Positions 52,631 to 63,041 of a DNA stretch of 64,000 bases are shown in pieces (position 1 is the stretch's first letter; every line of letters starts with the position of its first letter). Under the pieces are notes generated by a model. The model was not told the origin of the DNA. It was given only the letters and a program-made list of their open reading frames with translations, and made no database searches. A program made the translations under genes and the position numbers. The stretch comes from an uncultured Chloroflexia bacterium (GTDB lineage Bacteria; Chloroflexota; Dehalococcoidia; DSTF01; JALHUB01): positions 1 to 64,000 of the forward strand of contig CAVSBT010000017.1 in NCBI GenBank assembly GCA_963726245.1, given 5' to 3'.

Positions 52631-54532
52631 ATGGACGAGTCGAAAGACGACGGCCGCCACGACGGCGCCGGCTGAGCCCGCCGAAGCCGGCGAGACTCCC
52701 GCCGGTCTGCGTCCGATAGGCCGGGTGGCGGCGCCGCGGGGCTCCGAGGCGACGACAGAGGCTTTCCACTTCTGGGTCCCCGAGGACCGGCTGGTCGAGA
52801 AGACGCAGCTCGTCCACGTGGAGAGCCCCACCGGAGGCCGGGACGTGCACTTCTACGGCCTGGTGACGGAGGTCTTCCGCCGCTCCCGCCGCAACGACAT
52901 GCTGGAGGAGTCGGACCGCTTCGACGGCCGGCCCGAGGAGCAGGTGCCCCTGGAGAGCCGCGGCGTCACCTACGCCTCCGTCCGCGTGCTGGCCACGGAG
53001 CCGAGCGTCTTCACGCCGCCGCGCGAGGAGAGCGTGGTCTACCCGGCGGGCGAGCCGGAGGCCCGCATCGCCTACGGCGTGGGCGACATGGAGAAGCCCG
53101 TGGTCGTCGGCCTGGTGCGCAACGGCGGCGAGGCCGACGCCGGGCCCGCCTACGTGGACCTGGACTACCTGCTCGGCGCCAAGGGTGGGCACCTGAACGT
53201 GGCCGGCATCGCCGGCGTGGGCACCAAGTCCAGCTTCCTGACCATCGCCCTCAGCCAGGTGCTGCGCTACTGCCGCCGCCACGCCGAGGAGCACCCGGAG
53301 GACCCGGAGAAGCCGCAGGTGCGCGCCGTCATCCTCAACGTCAAGGGCTTTGACCTCTTCTGGCTCGACCACTGGTCGAGGGCCTTCAGCGAGGAGGACC
53401 GGCGGATGTGGGAGGCCATGGGCTGGGGCGAGCCCTCGCCCATGGACGTGCTCGCCTTCTTCGCCCCTCAGCAGCCCGGCAGCGACGAGCTGGCGGCGCC
53501 CGTGGGACGGAGCGGCGTCCGCCCCTATAGCTGGTCGCTGGAGGACGTCATCCGCGACAACCTCTTCACCTACCTCTTCAGCGACAGCGACCGCGAGGAC
53601 GACAACTTCGCCCTCCTCCTGGCCGACATGGAGCGGCTCCTGGCCCGCGAGTGGCGCCAGAACGACGGCACGCCCATGCGCGAGCTGCGCCGCGACGCCC
53701 CGGCCCGCACCTTCCAGGAGCTCTTCGACTGGTTCGAGCACGGCCTGGCCCGCGGCGAGGGCCGCGAAGGCGATGAGCCCCCGCGCCGGTCGGACCTCAC
53801 CTTCGAACGGCTCCAGACGGTGCACCACGCGGGCACGCTGCGCCGCTTCTACCGCCGCCTGCGGCGCATCGTCTACGAGAGCGCCGGCATCTTCCGCATG
53901 GAGGGCGGCGGCAGCCATCCCCTGGACATCAGCGCCCTGGAGTCGGGTCGGCCCATCGTGGTGGACATCCAGAGCCTGCCCGACCGTCACCTCCAGCGCT
54001 TCGTCGTGGCGGCGCTCCTGAAGCAGGCCGTGGAGCAGCAGACCGGCGCCCGGCGCCCTGCCCGGCATGCACTACCTCTTCGTCCTCGACGAGCTCAACC
54101 GCTTCGCCCCCAAGGGTCACACCGACCCCATCACCCAGCTCATCGAGACGGTGGCGGCGGAGCTGCGCTCGCGGGGGGTGATCCTCCTGGGGGCGCAGCA
54201 GCAGGCCTCGCTGGTCTCGCCGCGGGTGGTGGAGAACGCCTCGGTGCGCGTCCTGGGGCGCACCGGCGGCCACGAGCTGCGACAGGACGTCTTCAGCTTC
54301 CTGCCGGAGGAGCTGCGCGACTACGTGGAGCAGCTCGGCGCCAGCGACAAGGTGCTGCACCTGCCCAGCTTCCGCCAGCCCATGCACGTGCGCGTTCCCC
54401 GGCCGCCCTGGGCCATGCGCAGGCAGGAAGCCTCCACCGAGCCGCCGGAGCTTCTGCGGGAGCGGGGCGCGGTCGCCGTGCCGCAGCCCCGTCCGCCGCC
54501 TGCCGTCGCGTCCCTACGACGAGCTGCCCTGA
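52631..54532 (+). CDS. herA: HerA/FtsK-superfamily ATPase with N-terminal HAS barrel (frameshifts near 52660, 54055 and 54500)
   Basis: IGRV..FHFW..FYGLVTEV (HAS barrel); Walker A variant GHLNVAGIAGVGTKSSF; ILNVKG; Walker B LFVLDELNRFAP; RSRGVILLGAQQ; VVENAS. Confidence 0.8.
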
Positions 54533-54533
54533 G

Positions 54534-55801
54534 ATGCGCCTGCTACATACGAGCGACTGGCACCTGGGCGCCCGCCTCGGCAACCAGGACCGCCTGCCCG
54601 ACCAGCTCGAGCGGCTGGAGGAGATCTGCCGCTACCTGGACGAGAACGAGGTGGACGTGCTCCTGGTGGCGGGCGACGTCTTCGACGAGCACCGCTCGGA
54701 GGCGCTGGCCCGCATCATCGCCCGACTGGCCCGGCTGCTCAAGCCCCGCATCGAGGCCGGCATGTGGGCGGTGTTCATCGCCGGCAACCACGACCGCGAG
54801 CACGTCTTCCCTCTCATCCGGGGCCTTCAAGACCTGCTGACGGCCGAAAGCAGCCTGCCTGCCGGACAGGCGGGCCCGCGGGTCGTCTTCGCCGAGCGGC
54901 CGGCGCTGGTGCCGGTCACCGCCCGGTCGGGCGAGCAGGTGCAGCTCATGCTCCTGCCCTACCCAACGCCCACCCGCTACGAGCTGCCCGACGAACGGCT
55001 GGCCCAGCCCTGACGCCAAGCGGCAGAAGCTGGCCGATGCCCTGCGGGAGCGCATCGGCGGGCTAGCCCAGGAGGCCCGCCTGACGCCCGGCGTGCCGGT
55101 CGTCCTCTGCGGCCACTTCCTGGTGCGCGGCGTGCGCGAGGGCTTCTACCAGCTCAGCGAGCAGGAGGACGTGCCCGTCGAGCCCGCCGACCTGCCCTCG
55201 TACGCCTACATCGCCCTGGGCCACATCCACAAGCCGCAGACGGTGGGCGCGCCCCACATCCGCTACTGCGGCAGCCTGGAGCGCATGGACCGCGGCGAGG
55301 CGGACGACCGCAAGATGGTCCTGCTCGCCGACGTGGGCCGCTCGGGCCTGCGCGACGTGGTGGAGCTGCCCCTCAACGCTACCCCCTTCGCCCACGTGAC
55401 GGCAGCCAGTGAAGACGACCTGGAGCGGGCGGCGAGGGAGCTGTCGGAGCCGGAACGGACGCTGGTCTCGCTGACCCTGGACCTCTCGCGCCGACGAGCC
55501 GGTGGGGCCCCTCCTGGCCCGCGCCCGCGCCCTCTTCCCGCGGCTCTGGGCGCCGCCCGAGATCCGGCTCGCGGAGACGGCCGCTCCCCCGGCGCCGCGC
55601 GCCATCGACCGGCGCGACGTGGCGGGCACGGTGCGGTCATATCTGCAGGAGGCTCTGGCGGGCGACGCCGACCGCGACGAGCTGCTGCGGCTGGCCGAGG
55701 AGCTGCTCGCCGACCTGCCTGTCGGACAGGCGGGGCCCATAGGGGCGGTTCGCGAACCGCCCCTACCCAGCCGAGCCGAGACCGTCCGGGAGACGCCATG
55801 A
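54534..55801 (+). CDS. sbcD: Mre11/SbcD-family metallophosphoesterase nuclease (frameshifts near 55005 and 55495)
   Basis: MRLLHTSDWHLG, VAGDVFD, IAGNHD, LCGH, YIALGHIHKPQ, YCGSLERMDRGE. Confidence 0.88.
54854..54874. repeat. 21-nt palindromic element in frame within sbcD
   Basis: cctgcctgccggacaggcggg, read as LPAGQAG; near-identical copy at 55714-55734. Confidence 0.7.
55714..55766. repeat. 21-nt palindrome plus 28-nt REP-like palindrome inside the sbcD 3' coding region
   Basis: cctgcctgtcggacaggcggg (LPVGQAG) then ataggggcggttcgcgaaccgcccctac (IGAVREPPL). Confidence 0.7.
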
Positions 55802-58800
55802 TCCCCGTCCGGGTGCAGGTCCGCAACTTCCTCACCTACGGCGAGGCCGACGACGGCGGCCCCATCGAGTTCGACTTCGAGGGGTCGCGGCTCTGGAGCA
55901 TCTCCGGCAACAACGGCTCCGGCAAGAGCGCCGTCTTCGACGCCATCACCTACGCCCTCTTCGGCCGCCACCGGGGCGGCGCCACCGGCGACGGCCGCCT
56001 GATCCGCAAAGGCGCCCGCCAGTGCGAGGCCACCTTCGAGTTCCAGGCCAACGGCCACCTCTACCGCGTCCGGCGCACGGTGGCCCGGCGGCACGGGAAA
56101 GCGACAGCAGGAGGCCAAGGAACGCCAGGCCGCCCGCTTCGACCCCGACAGCGGCGAGTGGGTGCCGGTGCCGGCCACCGACTCCGATGCCGCCCTGGGG
56201 CGCTGGGTCCAGGAGCTGCTGGGCCTCGGCTACGACACCTTCGTCACCTCTGTCCTCCTGCGCCAGGGAGAGAGCGACCGCTTCATCACCGCCGGCAACG
56301 CCGAGCGCTTCGACATCCTCCGGCAACTGCTGGGCCTCCAGGCCTACCAGCAGCTCGAGGAGCGCGCCCGTGCCCGCGCCCGCGAGGCCCGAGCGTCCGC
56401 CGAGGCCCTGGACCGGCACCTGGCCGCCACCCCGGCCTTCGACCCGGCCGACCTGGAAGCGGCGGAGGCCGCGCTGGCGGCGTCGGAGGCGGGCCTGCGC
56501 GACTCTCAAGCCGCCTGCACGCAGGCCCAGGCCGTCTTGAGCGACGCCCGCGCCTTCGCCGAGCTGGCCGCGCACATCGAGGAGTGCCGGCGCCGGCTGG
56601 CGGAGGTCGAGAGCCTCCTGGCCGACGCCGAAGGCATCCGAGCCCGCTACCAGGAGTGGCAGGACATCGAGGCGGCCGTCCCCGCCCTGGAGGGGGCGCT
56701 CCGGGAGCTGCGGGCGGCCGCCGTCGCCGAGGCAGAGGCGGAGGAGGCGCGACGGGCCGCCCTCGCCGTCGACCTGGGGGCGCTGGAGGAGGCGGCGCAG
56801 CTCGCGAACGCGGCGGCGGAGGACGCCGAGCGGGCCGTCGGCGTCGCTGACGAGAGCCTGAACGCCTGCCGCCAATCGCTGGCGGCGCTCCAGCCCGCCC
56901 TGCGCGGCATCGACGAGCTGGCGCAGGCCCGCGGCCAGGCCGAACGGCTGAGGGCCGACATCGATGGGCTGTCGCGCGAGCTGGAGTCGATGCCCGCCGT
57001 GCGCGAGCAGCACGAGCGGCTGTCCGCCATCGCCCGGGGATTGCCCGCCCTCGAGGCGCTGGTCGCCGCCCGCAGGGGCCTGGAAGAGGCGGAGGCCGCC
57101 GCCGCCGAGGCCGGCTCTCTGGACGGCCGGCGGCAGGAGGTGGAGCGCCTCGCCCACGAGGTGAGCGCCGCCGAGACGCGCACCCGCCAGGCGGAGCGAC
57201 GCCTTCGGGCGGCCGACCAGCAGCTGGCGCGGGCGGAGGCAGCGCTCGAGCAGGCCCGCGGGCAGCTAGCCGCCCGCCAGGAGGCCCGCGACGAGGCCGT
57301 GTGCTCCCGCTGCGGACAGCCCGTCGACCCGGAGCACATCGCGCGGGAGCTGCGGGACGCCGAGGCGGCGGTCGCTGAGGCCGGCGAGCGCGTCGCCGAA
57401 GCCCAGGCCGGCCACGAGCAGGCGCACGGCGAGGAGGAGGCGGCTCGAGAGGCGCTGGCGGCGTCGCAGGCGGCGGAGCAGGAGGCCCGTGACCGCCTGC
57501 GAGAGGCGGAGCGGCGCGCCGAGCAGGCGGCCCAGGCCCGCTCGCGCCTCGACGAAGCCGTGGCCGCGGCCTCGGACCTGCCGGAAGAGCTGCGGCGCGT
57601 CGCCGCCGGGGCACCGCCGGCGGAGGCCGAACGGGCGCTGGCCGATGCCCGCGCGCAGGCGTCGGCGCTCCCCCAGGCCACCGCCGATCTGAACCGGCTG
57701 CTGGGGCTGAAGGGGCAGGCAGAGGCCCTGGGCAAGGCCCTGCAAGAGCAGCAGGAGCGCATCGCCGAGCTGGCGGCGCGCTATCCGCCCCAGGCGGAGC
57801 AGCAGGTCCGGGCCGAAGCCGAGCGGCTGCGTACCGAGGAGCCCCGGCTCGAGGCCGCGGCCGCGGCAGGCGCGCCGGGGCTGGAAGGAGGCCCGCGACT
57901 CGGCGGAGGCGGCCCGAGGACGGCTGGAGGAAGGCCGCCTGCGCCGCCAGCAGCTCGAGGGCGACGCCGCCCGCCTCGGGCAGGGGGCTTCGGGTTTGCG
58001 CTCCCAGGCCGCCGTCCGCCTCCAGCCGGTTCGTGAGGACTGGCGCACGCGGGCGCTGGCGCTGGACGGCGCGCTCCTGACGGAGCTGCTGCGCCGCCGC
58101 GACGAGCTGGCCGGCGTCGACGAGCAGCACCAGGCGCTGGCGCGGGCCGACGAAGAGCGGCGCGAGCAGGAGGCCCGCCGTCGTGAGCTGGACCGCAGCG
58201 TGAGCCGCATCCCCCAGGAGCACCGCCTGCCCGTCGTCGAGGCGGAGCGGGCCCTGGAGGAGAGGACGGCCGACATGCAGGCCCGCCAGTCGGAGCGCGA
58301 TGAGGCCTTTCGTCGCGTCCAGGCGCTGGAGCACGCCCGCGAGCAACGACAGCGGTTCGAGGGCGCCCTGCGGGAGGCGCAGCGGCTGCGCGTCCGCTTC
58401 GGGCGGCTGGCCGAGCTACTGGGTCGCGGCGGCCTCCAGGCCCGCCTGGTGGACGAGGCCCTGGAGGGCATCACATACCTGGCCAACGAGACCCTGGCCC
58501 GCGTCTCCGGCGGGCAGCTCCGGCTTCAGTTGTCGCGGGAGAGCCGCCGGGCGGCTGGCCAGGCCGACGCCCGAAGCAACGAGGAGATCGTAATCCGTGC
58601 CCGCGACCTCGCCTCCGCCGACGAGCCGCTGGACACGCAGTTCCTCTCGGGCAGCCAGAGGTTCCGCACCTCCGTGGCCATCGCCGCCGCCATCGGCCAG
58701 TACGTGGCCGGCTCTCAGGGGAGCGCCATCCGCTCGCTGATCATCGACGAGGGCTTCGGGAGCCTGGATGCGCAGGGCAGACAGGAGATGGTCGAGGAGC

Positions 58801-58937
58801 TGCGGAACCTGTCGCAGTTCATGGACCGCATCATCGTCGTCAGCCACCAGGAGGACTTCCAGGACCGCACGCTCTTCCCGACGGGCTTCATCCTGCGCAA
58901 GGAGGGCCAGCGCAGCACCGTCGAGCGGTTCGTGTAG
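55798..58937 (+). CDS. sbcC: Rad50/SbcC SMC-family ATPase (frameshifts near 56110 and 57870)
   Basis: MIPVRVQVRNFLTY, Walker A SGNNGSGKSAVFDAITYALFG, Q-loop LLRQGE, zinc hook CSRCGQP, signature LSGSQRFR, Walker B LIIDEGFGSLD, VVSH; ATGA overlap with the sbcD stop. Confidence 0.9.
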
Positions 58938-58995
58938 GGCTGGGAGCGGTGGAGTCTGTCGCCAAACTTTTCCTAACATTTTCTGTCCAAAGGGC

Positions 58996-59023
58996 TTGAC
59001 AAAGCTCACAAGGGAAGTAGAAT
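58996..59023 (+). promoter_or_regulatory. Near-consensus sigma70 promoter
   Basis: TTGACA-N16-TAGAAT in an AT-rich intergenic patch. Confidence 0.6.
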
Positions 59024-59162
59024 ACAGGCGAAGGATAACCAGTTGTCGATTTCGCGTTACTGGTATCCCGCATCGATTAGCCGGTCTTAGTTATCACGAA
59101 TCCTCGTTCACTTTTGTCGCTTCGAACAAAGAGTGTTGGGGGCGGCCGACAAGCGAGGAATC

Positions 59163-59321
59163 ATGGCAAGGGCCAGGGGAACCAGAACCGCCTTGGACAG
59201 GAGATCTCTGAGGACTCCCATTCAGGAGGACTCGGCGTCCGTCGCCGCAGGCGGGGAACTGAGCCACCAGCCAATGGAGGGCGGCGTGGACGTCAGTCGG
59301 GACCGGGCCTGCGGTGTGTGA
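59163..59321 (+). CDS. Possible small hypothetical protein (52 aa)
   Basis: GAGGA RBS before ATG, downstream of the 58996 promoter; no recognisable motif. Confidence 0.3.
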   Translation: MARARGTRTALDRRSLRTPIQEDSASVAAGGELSHQPMEGGVDVSRDRACGV

Positions 59322-59528
59322 CGGGCGATCGGAAAACGGGGACGGGGGTACCCCGCCGGGCGGCTGGCCAGGATTGCCAGTCCTGCCCCGCGGGCCCGGT
59401 CGATAGTCAATCGCTGGGGCAGCGCAGCAACTGACCCCTACAAGCAATAGCCCCTGACGCCTTGTGGCGATTCAAGGGCCGCCCCCTCACTAGTGGCGCG
59501 CACACCCTTCCCTCTGAAGTGTGCGTCC

Positions 59529-59604
59529 TGGCGCGCCCGGAGGGATTCGAACCCCCGACCCTCGGTTCCGAAGACCGATGCTCTATCCGCTGAGCTACGA
59601 GCGC
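59529..59604 (-). tRNA. tRNA-Arg(TCG)
   Basis: Reverse complement gcgctcgtagctcagcggatagagca-tcggt-ctTCGga-accga-gggtcgggggttcgaatccctccgggcgcgcca. Confidence 0.93.
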
Positions 59605-59701
59605 GCCCCATCGCTGCGCAGACGGGCGTCTCGCTGCGCCCGCCCATCTCGCGCCAGTCTATCATAGCCCCTCGAACGCCTACAACGAGCCGGGCGCCTC
59701 A

Positions 59702-59752
59702 TTGACATATGAGATGCTTTAGCGCATACTTTGCAGGTAAAGCATCGCACAT
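59702..59752 (+). promoter_or_regulatory. Sigma70 promoter overlapped by an inverted-repeat operator
   Basis: TTGACA-N17-CATACT; inverted repeat atatgaGATGCTTTA...TAAAGCATCgcacat (13 of 15 positions match). Confidence 0.6.
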
Positions 59753-59769
59753 CTGAGGGGAGGGGAACC

Positions 59770-59880
59770 ATGGCTATCATCGACGCAATGGACGTACGAC
59801 TGGAGTACATCGCCTACCTGGAAGGGGACGACCTGGAGGACGTCGCCTACGAGGAGGCTCTATTCTTTTACGAGTGGTGA
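59770..59880 (+). CDS. 36-aa highly acidic, aromatic-rich peptide
   Basis: Hand-translated MAIIDAMDVRLEYIAYLEGDDLEDVAYEEALFFYEW; GAGGGGAGGGG RBS; mostly G/C third codon positions. Confidence 0.6.
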   Translation: MAIIDAMDVRLEYIAYLEGDDLEDVAYEEALFFYEW

Positions 59881-60015
59881 GCCGGCAGACCCCGGCCGGG
59901 GTCGCTTTGAGCACCGGTTCATCGCGCTCACAGAACGAGTCTGTGAGTAATGGGGTCACAACTGTAGCCGGCGGGCAGCCGCCGGCAGAGACATGAAACG
60001 CAAGGGAGGGAGTCC

Positions 60016-60327
60016 ATGCGATTCTTAGTAAAGGTCTCCATACCGACAGAGGCGGGCAACAAGGCAGTACGAGACGGCACTCTAGCCGAGAAGCTGGGCC
60101 GCATCCTCAACGAATTGAAGCCGGAAGCCGCCTACTTTGCCGAGGTTGACGGCGAGAGGTGCGGCTTCATTTTCGTTGACGTGCCGGATGTCTCGAAGAT
60201 CCCCTTCGTCGCGGAACCGTTTTTCCTGGCGCTGAACGCGAGGGTCGAGTTCCACCCGGCGATGATGCCGGACGACCTGCGAAAGGCGGGGCCCGACATG
60301 GAGAAGGCCGCTAAGACGTACGGCTAG
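60016..60327 (+). CDS. Small DUF3303/GYD-like hypothetical protein
   Basis: MRFLVKVSIPTEAGN...KPEAAYF...GERCGFIF...AEPFF...VEFHPAM; GGAGGGAG RBS. Confidence 0.65.
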   Translation: MRFLVKVSIPTEAGNKAVRDGTLAEKLGRILNELKPEAAYFAEVDGERCGFIFVDVPDVSKIPFVAEPFFLALNARVEFHPAMMPDDLRKAGPDMEKAAKTYG

Positions 60328-61016
60328 CTCCCGGTCCTTGCTACCAGCTCTCGCCCTGTGGCGCACACGTCGAGCAGGCAGCAGCCGGCGCAGCGCGGGC
60401 GTGCCCGGCAGGTCTCCTTGCAGTGGAGGACGATAGCGGCGTGGTAGCGCCGGTACAGCTCGCGGCCCTCCGGCAGGCGCTCCTCAAACCACCGCTGCCA
60501 CGTTTCGTAGCGGTTCCCCTCTGGGCCGAGGCCCAGGCGCCGGAACAGGCGTACCGTGTAGGCATCGACGACGAAGACGGGCCGGTGGGCGGCGTGCAAG
60601 AGGACGGCGTCCGCCGTCTCCCGCCCGATGCCGTGAGTGCCCAGCAGAGCGGCCCTTAGCTGGTCCGTTGGGAGGGCGAACAGGCCCTCCGCGCCGCCGT
60701 GCCGCTCGACCAGGGCTGCGAAGGCTTTCAGACGCCTCGCCTTCTGAAGAGACATGCCCGCCGGTCGCACCAGCTCGGCGAGCTCCTCCTCAGGCAGCGA
60801 CACGATTGCCCGGTGCGAGAATGCGCCGGCCTCGCGCAGGCGCGTCAGCGCCTTTTCCACGTTGGCCCAGGCGGTGTGCTGGACAAGGACGGCGCCGGTG
60901 CACACCTCGAACCAATCGCTATCGGCGCGCCAGTGCCAGCCATCGACGTGACACGCCTCTTCGAGGCGCCGGTAGATCTCGAGAAGGGCCTGGGATGTGG
61001 CGGAAGGCGCCGTCAC
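60324..61016 (-). CDS. HhH-GPD endonuclease III-like protein with C-terminal Fe-S cysteines
   Basis: GAVLVQHTAWANV, GIGRETADAVLL, FVVDAYT, CRARPRCAGCCL. Confidence 0.85.
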   Translation of the reverse strand: MTAPSATSQALLEIYRRLEEACHVDGWHWRADSDWFEVCTGAVLVQHTAWANVEKALTRLREAGAFSHRAIVSLPEEELAELVRPAGMSLQKARRLKAFAALVERHGGAEGLFALPTDQLRAALLGTHGIGRETADAVLLHAAHRPVFVVDAYTVRLFRRLGLGPEGNRYETWQRWFEERLPEGRELYRRYHAAIVLHCKETCRARPRCAGCCLLDVCATGRELVARTGS

Positions 61017-61546
61017 GGCTCTGGCGGCGCCTCGGTGGCCCACTGCGGCAGGCGGGCGTCGGGGACGCTGTCGTACTGGGGAAGGTAGGGCTTGATATCG
61101 AGGATCGGCGTCCCGTCGAGGGCGTCCAGCCCGCGTACGCGCAGGATGTTGCGTCGACGGCGGAGGAGCGGCACCACCGCCACGCCGATGGGGTTCGGAC
61201 GGCGCGGACTGCGGGTGGCCAGAACGCCCTGGAGGGGGTAACGGGCGTCGCCGCGCGGGTGGACATGGGCCCAGTCCTTCTCATTCTCCGGCACCCGCTG
61301 CATGTAGAAGACCACGACGAGGTGTGAGTAGGAATCGATACCGTCCAGGACCGGCTCCAGGTCCTGGCGCAGGATGATGTCGGAGCGCACGTCCTGCCAG
61401 CCGCTCATGCGCGGCTCGCGGATACCGTTGCGCACCACCGCGATGGGTCGCAGGGTCACCGGCTCACGGGGCACGACCCCTCGCTCGAAGATCCGCCGGA
61501 CCCAGTCCACGACTCCCACGGGCGACTCCTTACCGCGCGAGATCAC
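61013..61546 (-). CDS. trmO: tRNA m6t6A37 methyltransferase TrmO/TsaA-like
   Basis: GVLATRSPRRPNPIG, GLDALDGTPILDIKPY. Confidence 0.85.
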   Translation of the reverse strand: MISRGKESPVGVVDWVRRIFERGVVPREPVTLRPIAVVRNGIREPRMSGWQDVRSDIILRQDLEPVLDGIDSYSHLVVVFYMQRVPENEKDWAHVHPRGDARYPLQGVLATRSPRRPNPIGVAVVPLLRRRRNILRVRGLDALDGTPILDIKPYLPQYDSVPDARLPQWATEAPPEP

Positions 61547-61677
61547 GCGAGCGCGCTCAGCTTAGCACAGCTCGCGAAAGGCGACTAGCCGTGCAGGACT
61601 GCCCGCATCGACGCTGACGGCCTCGAGCAGGCGTGCGATTCTAACGGAAGCAGGGCGATTTCGGGGGAATTGCCCCC

Positions 61678-61705
61678 GTAGGGGCGGTTCGCGAACCGCC
61701 CCTAC
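61678..61705. repeat. Perfect 28-bp palindrome GTAGGGGCGGTTCGCGAACCGCCCCTAC
   Basis: Self-complementary; related copies at 14621 and 55739. Confidence 0.8.
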
Positions 61706-61716
61706 ACGTCGACCCC

Positions 61717-62909
61717 TCAGTACGCGGCGCAGGTGACGGAGAGAATAGGGGGCAGAGTTCCCGGGAAGGCGCTGCCAGTGATCGCCGCCGTCGGTGCTGG
61801 CGTACACCTGGCCGTTGCTCGTCCCAACGTAGACGCCTTCTGGATCGAGGCCGTCGGTATCCATGCCTTCGCGGTAGACGCTCTGGTAGTCGTGAGGGCC
61901 GGGCAGGCCGTCGGTGAGCGCCTGCCACGACTTGCCGGAATCGCTTGTGCGGTAGACGGTCAACTGGCCGGGGCACACCCGGAAGTTGTCCCCCTCGTAT
62001 TGCAGCGGAACGACGTATGCGGCGTCCGGCTGTCGGCGTGTGACTGCGATGGGGAAGCCGTGGAAGGAAGGCAGGCCTTCGGTCACGTCCGTCCAGGTTG
62101 CGCCGGCGTCATCCGAGCGGAACACGCCCATGTGCGCCTGGGCCCAGAGGCGGTCGGGGTTCTTGGTGTCCAGGCGCAGCTTGTGCATCTCGTTGATGGC
62201 GAGCGGGTCGATGTCGGCGGGGAGGGCGTCCGGAAACATCGCGCTCAGGCGCTCGATCTCCTTGATCGCGTCAGGCGTCGCCACCACCGCCGTGTGCGAG
62301 AACGTCTCCCACGTCTGCCCGCCGTCGGTGGTGACGTACGAGCCGCCCGAGCTGACGCAAGCATACATGCGGCGGGCGTTCCGGGGTTCGATCTCGATGC
62401 TGTGGAGGCAGGAGTCGCCGCCGCCGCTGCCGGACCAGTCCTTTCGCTGGGGATGCCGGTTCAGGCCATCGACCGGTGCCCACGAGTGACCCCAGTCCTC
62501 GCTACGGAACAGGCCGGCGGGCTGCGTCCCGCAGTAGACCACGCCCGGCTCGCTCTGGTGGCCCGGGCCTCACGCACCAGATGTTGCCGACAGTCAGAGG
62601 CTTGTCCGGCTGCGTCTGCCCCGGCAGCGGCCTCTCTGTCATTTTCATGTCCTGCGGGAAGCCAAGGCCCTCGCTCCGCCAGTCCCACTCCTTCAGGTCT
62701 GTGCTCTTGGCAACCGAGGGTCCCCACGCCCAGTGGTTCGCGGCCATGTAGAAGCGCGGCGGCTGGGTGCGCGTGTCGGCGGCCATGTGGTATATGGACC
62801 AGCCGGGAAGGGCGGGCTCGGATACCTCCCACTTCTGCCGCCTCTCGTCCGAGGAGTAGATGAAGGCGCCTTTGCGCGTGCCGACAAGAAGGTGTACGTG
62901 GCCGGACAT
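61717..62909 (-). CDS. BNR/Asp-box (sialidase-like) beta-propeller protein (frameshifts near 62555 and 61765)
   Basis: LLVGTRKGAF, GTQPAGLFRSEDWG, LHSI, repeated SxDxGxTW Asp boxes, GTSNGQVYASTDGGDHW. Confidence 0.8.
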
Positions 62910-63041
62910 GTCGGATCCCTCCCGCGTGTAGGGGGCATCCTGCCCCGCTGTCCCTAACGAATATATGTTACCACGTGGGGCATGCGCCCCCATGCTTGGG
63001 GTGGCCAGGGGTATCGTGATTCAGGGGTGGGCAGCGCTCGC

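Noticed and set aside
51380-59604. nurA-herA-sbcDC as an island integrated at tRNA-Arg(TCG)
   Set aside because: No duplicated tRNA 3' end or integrase was seen, and codon usage looks like the host's.
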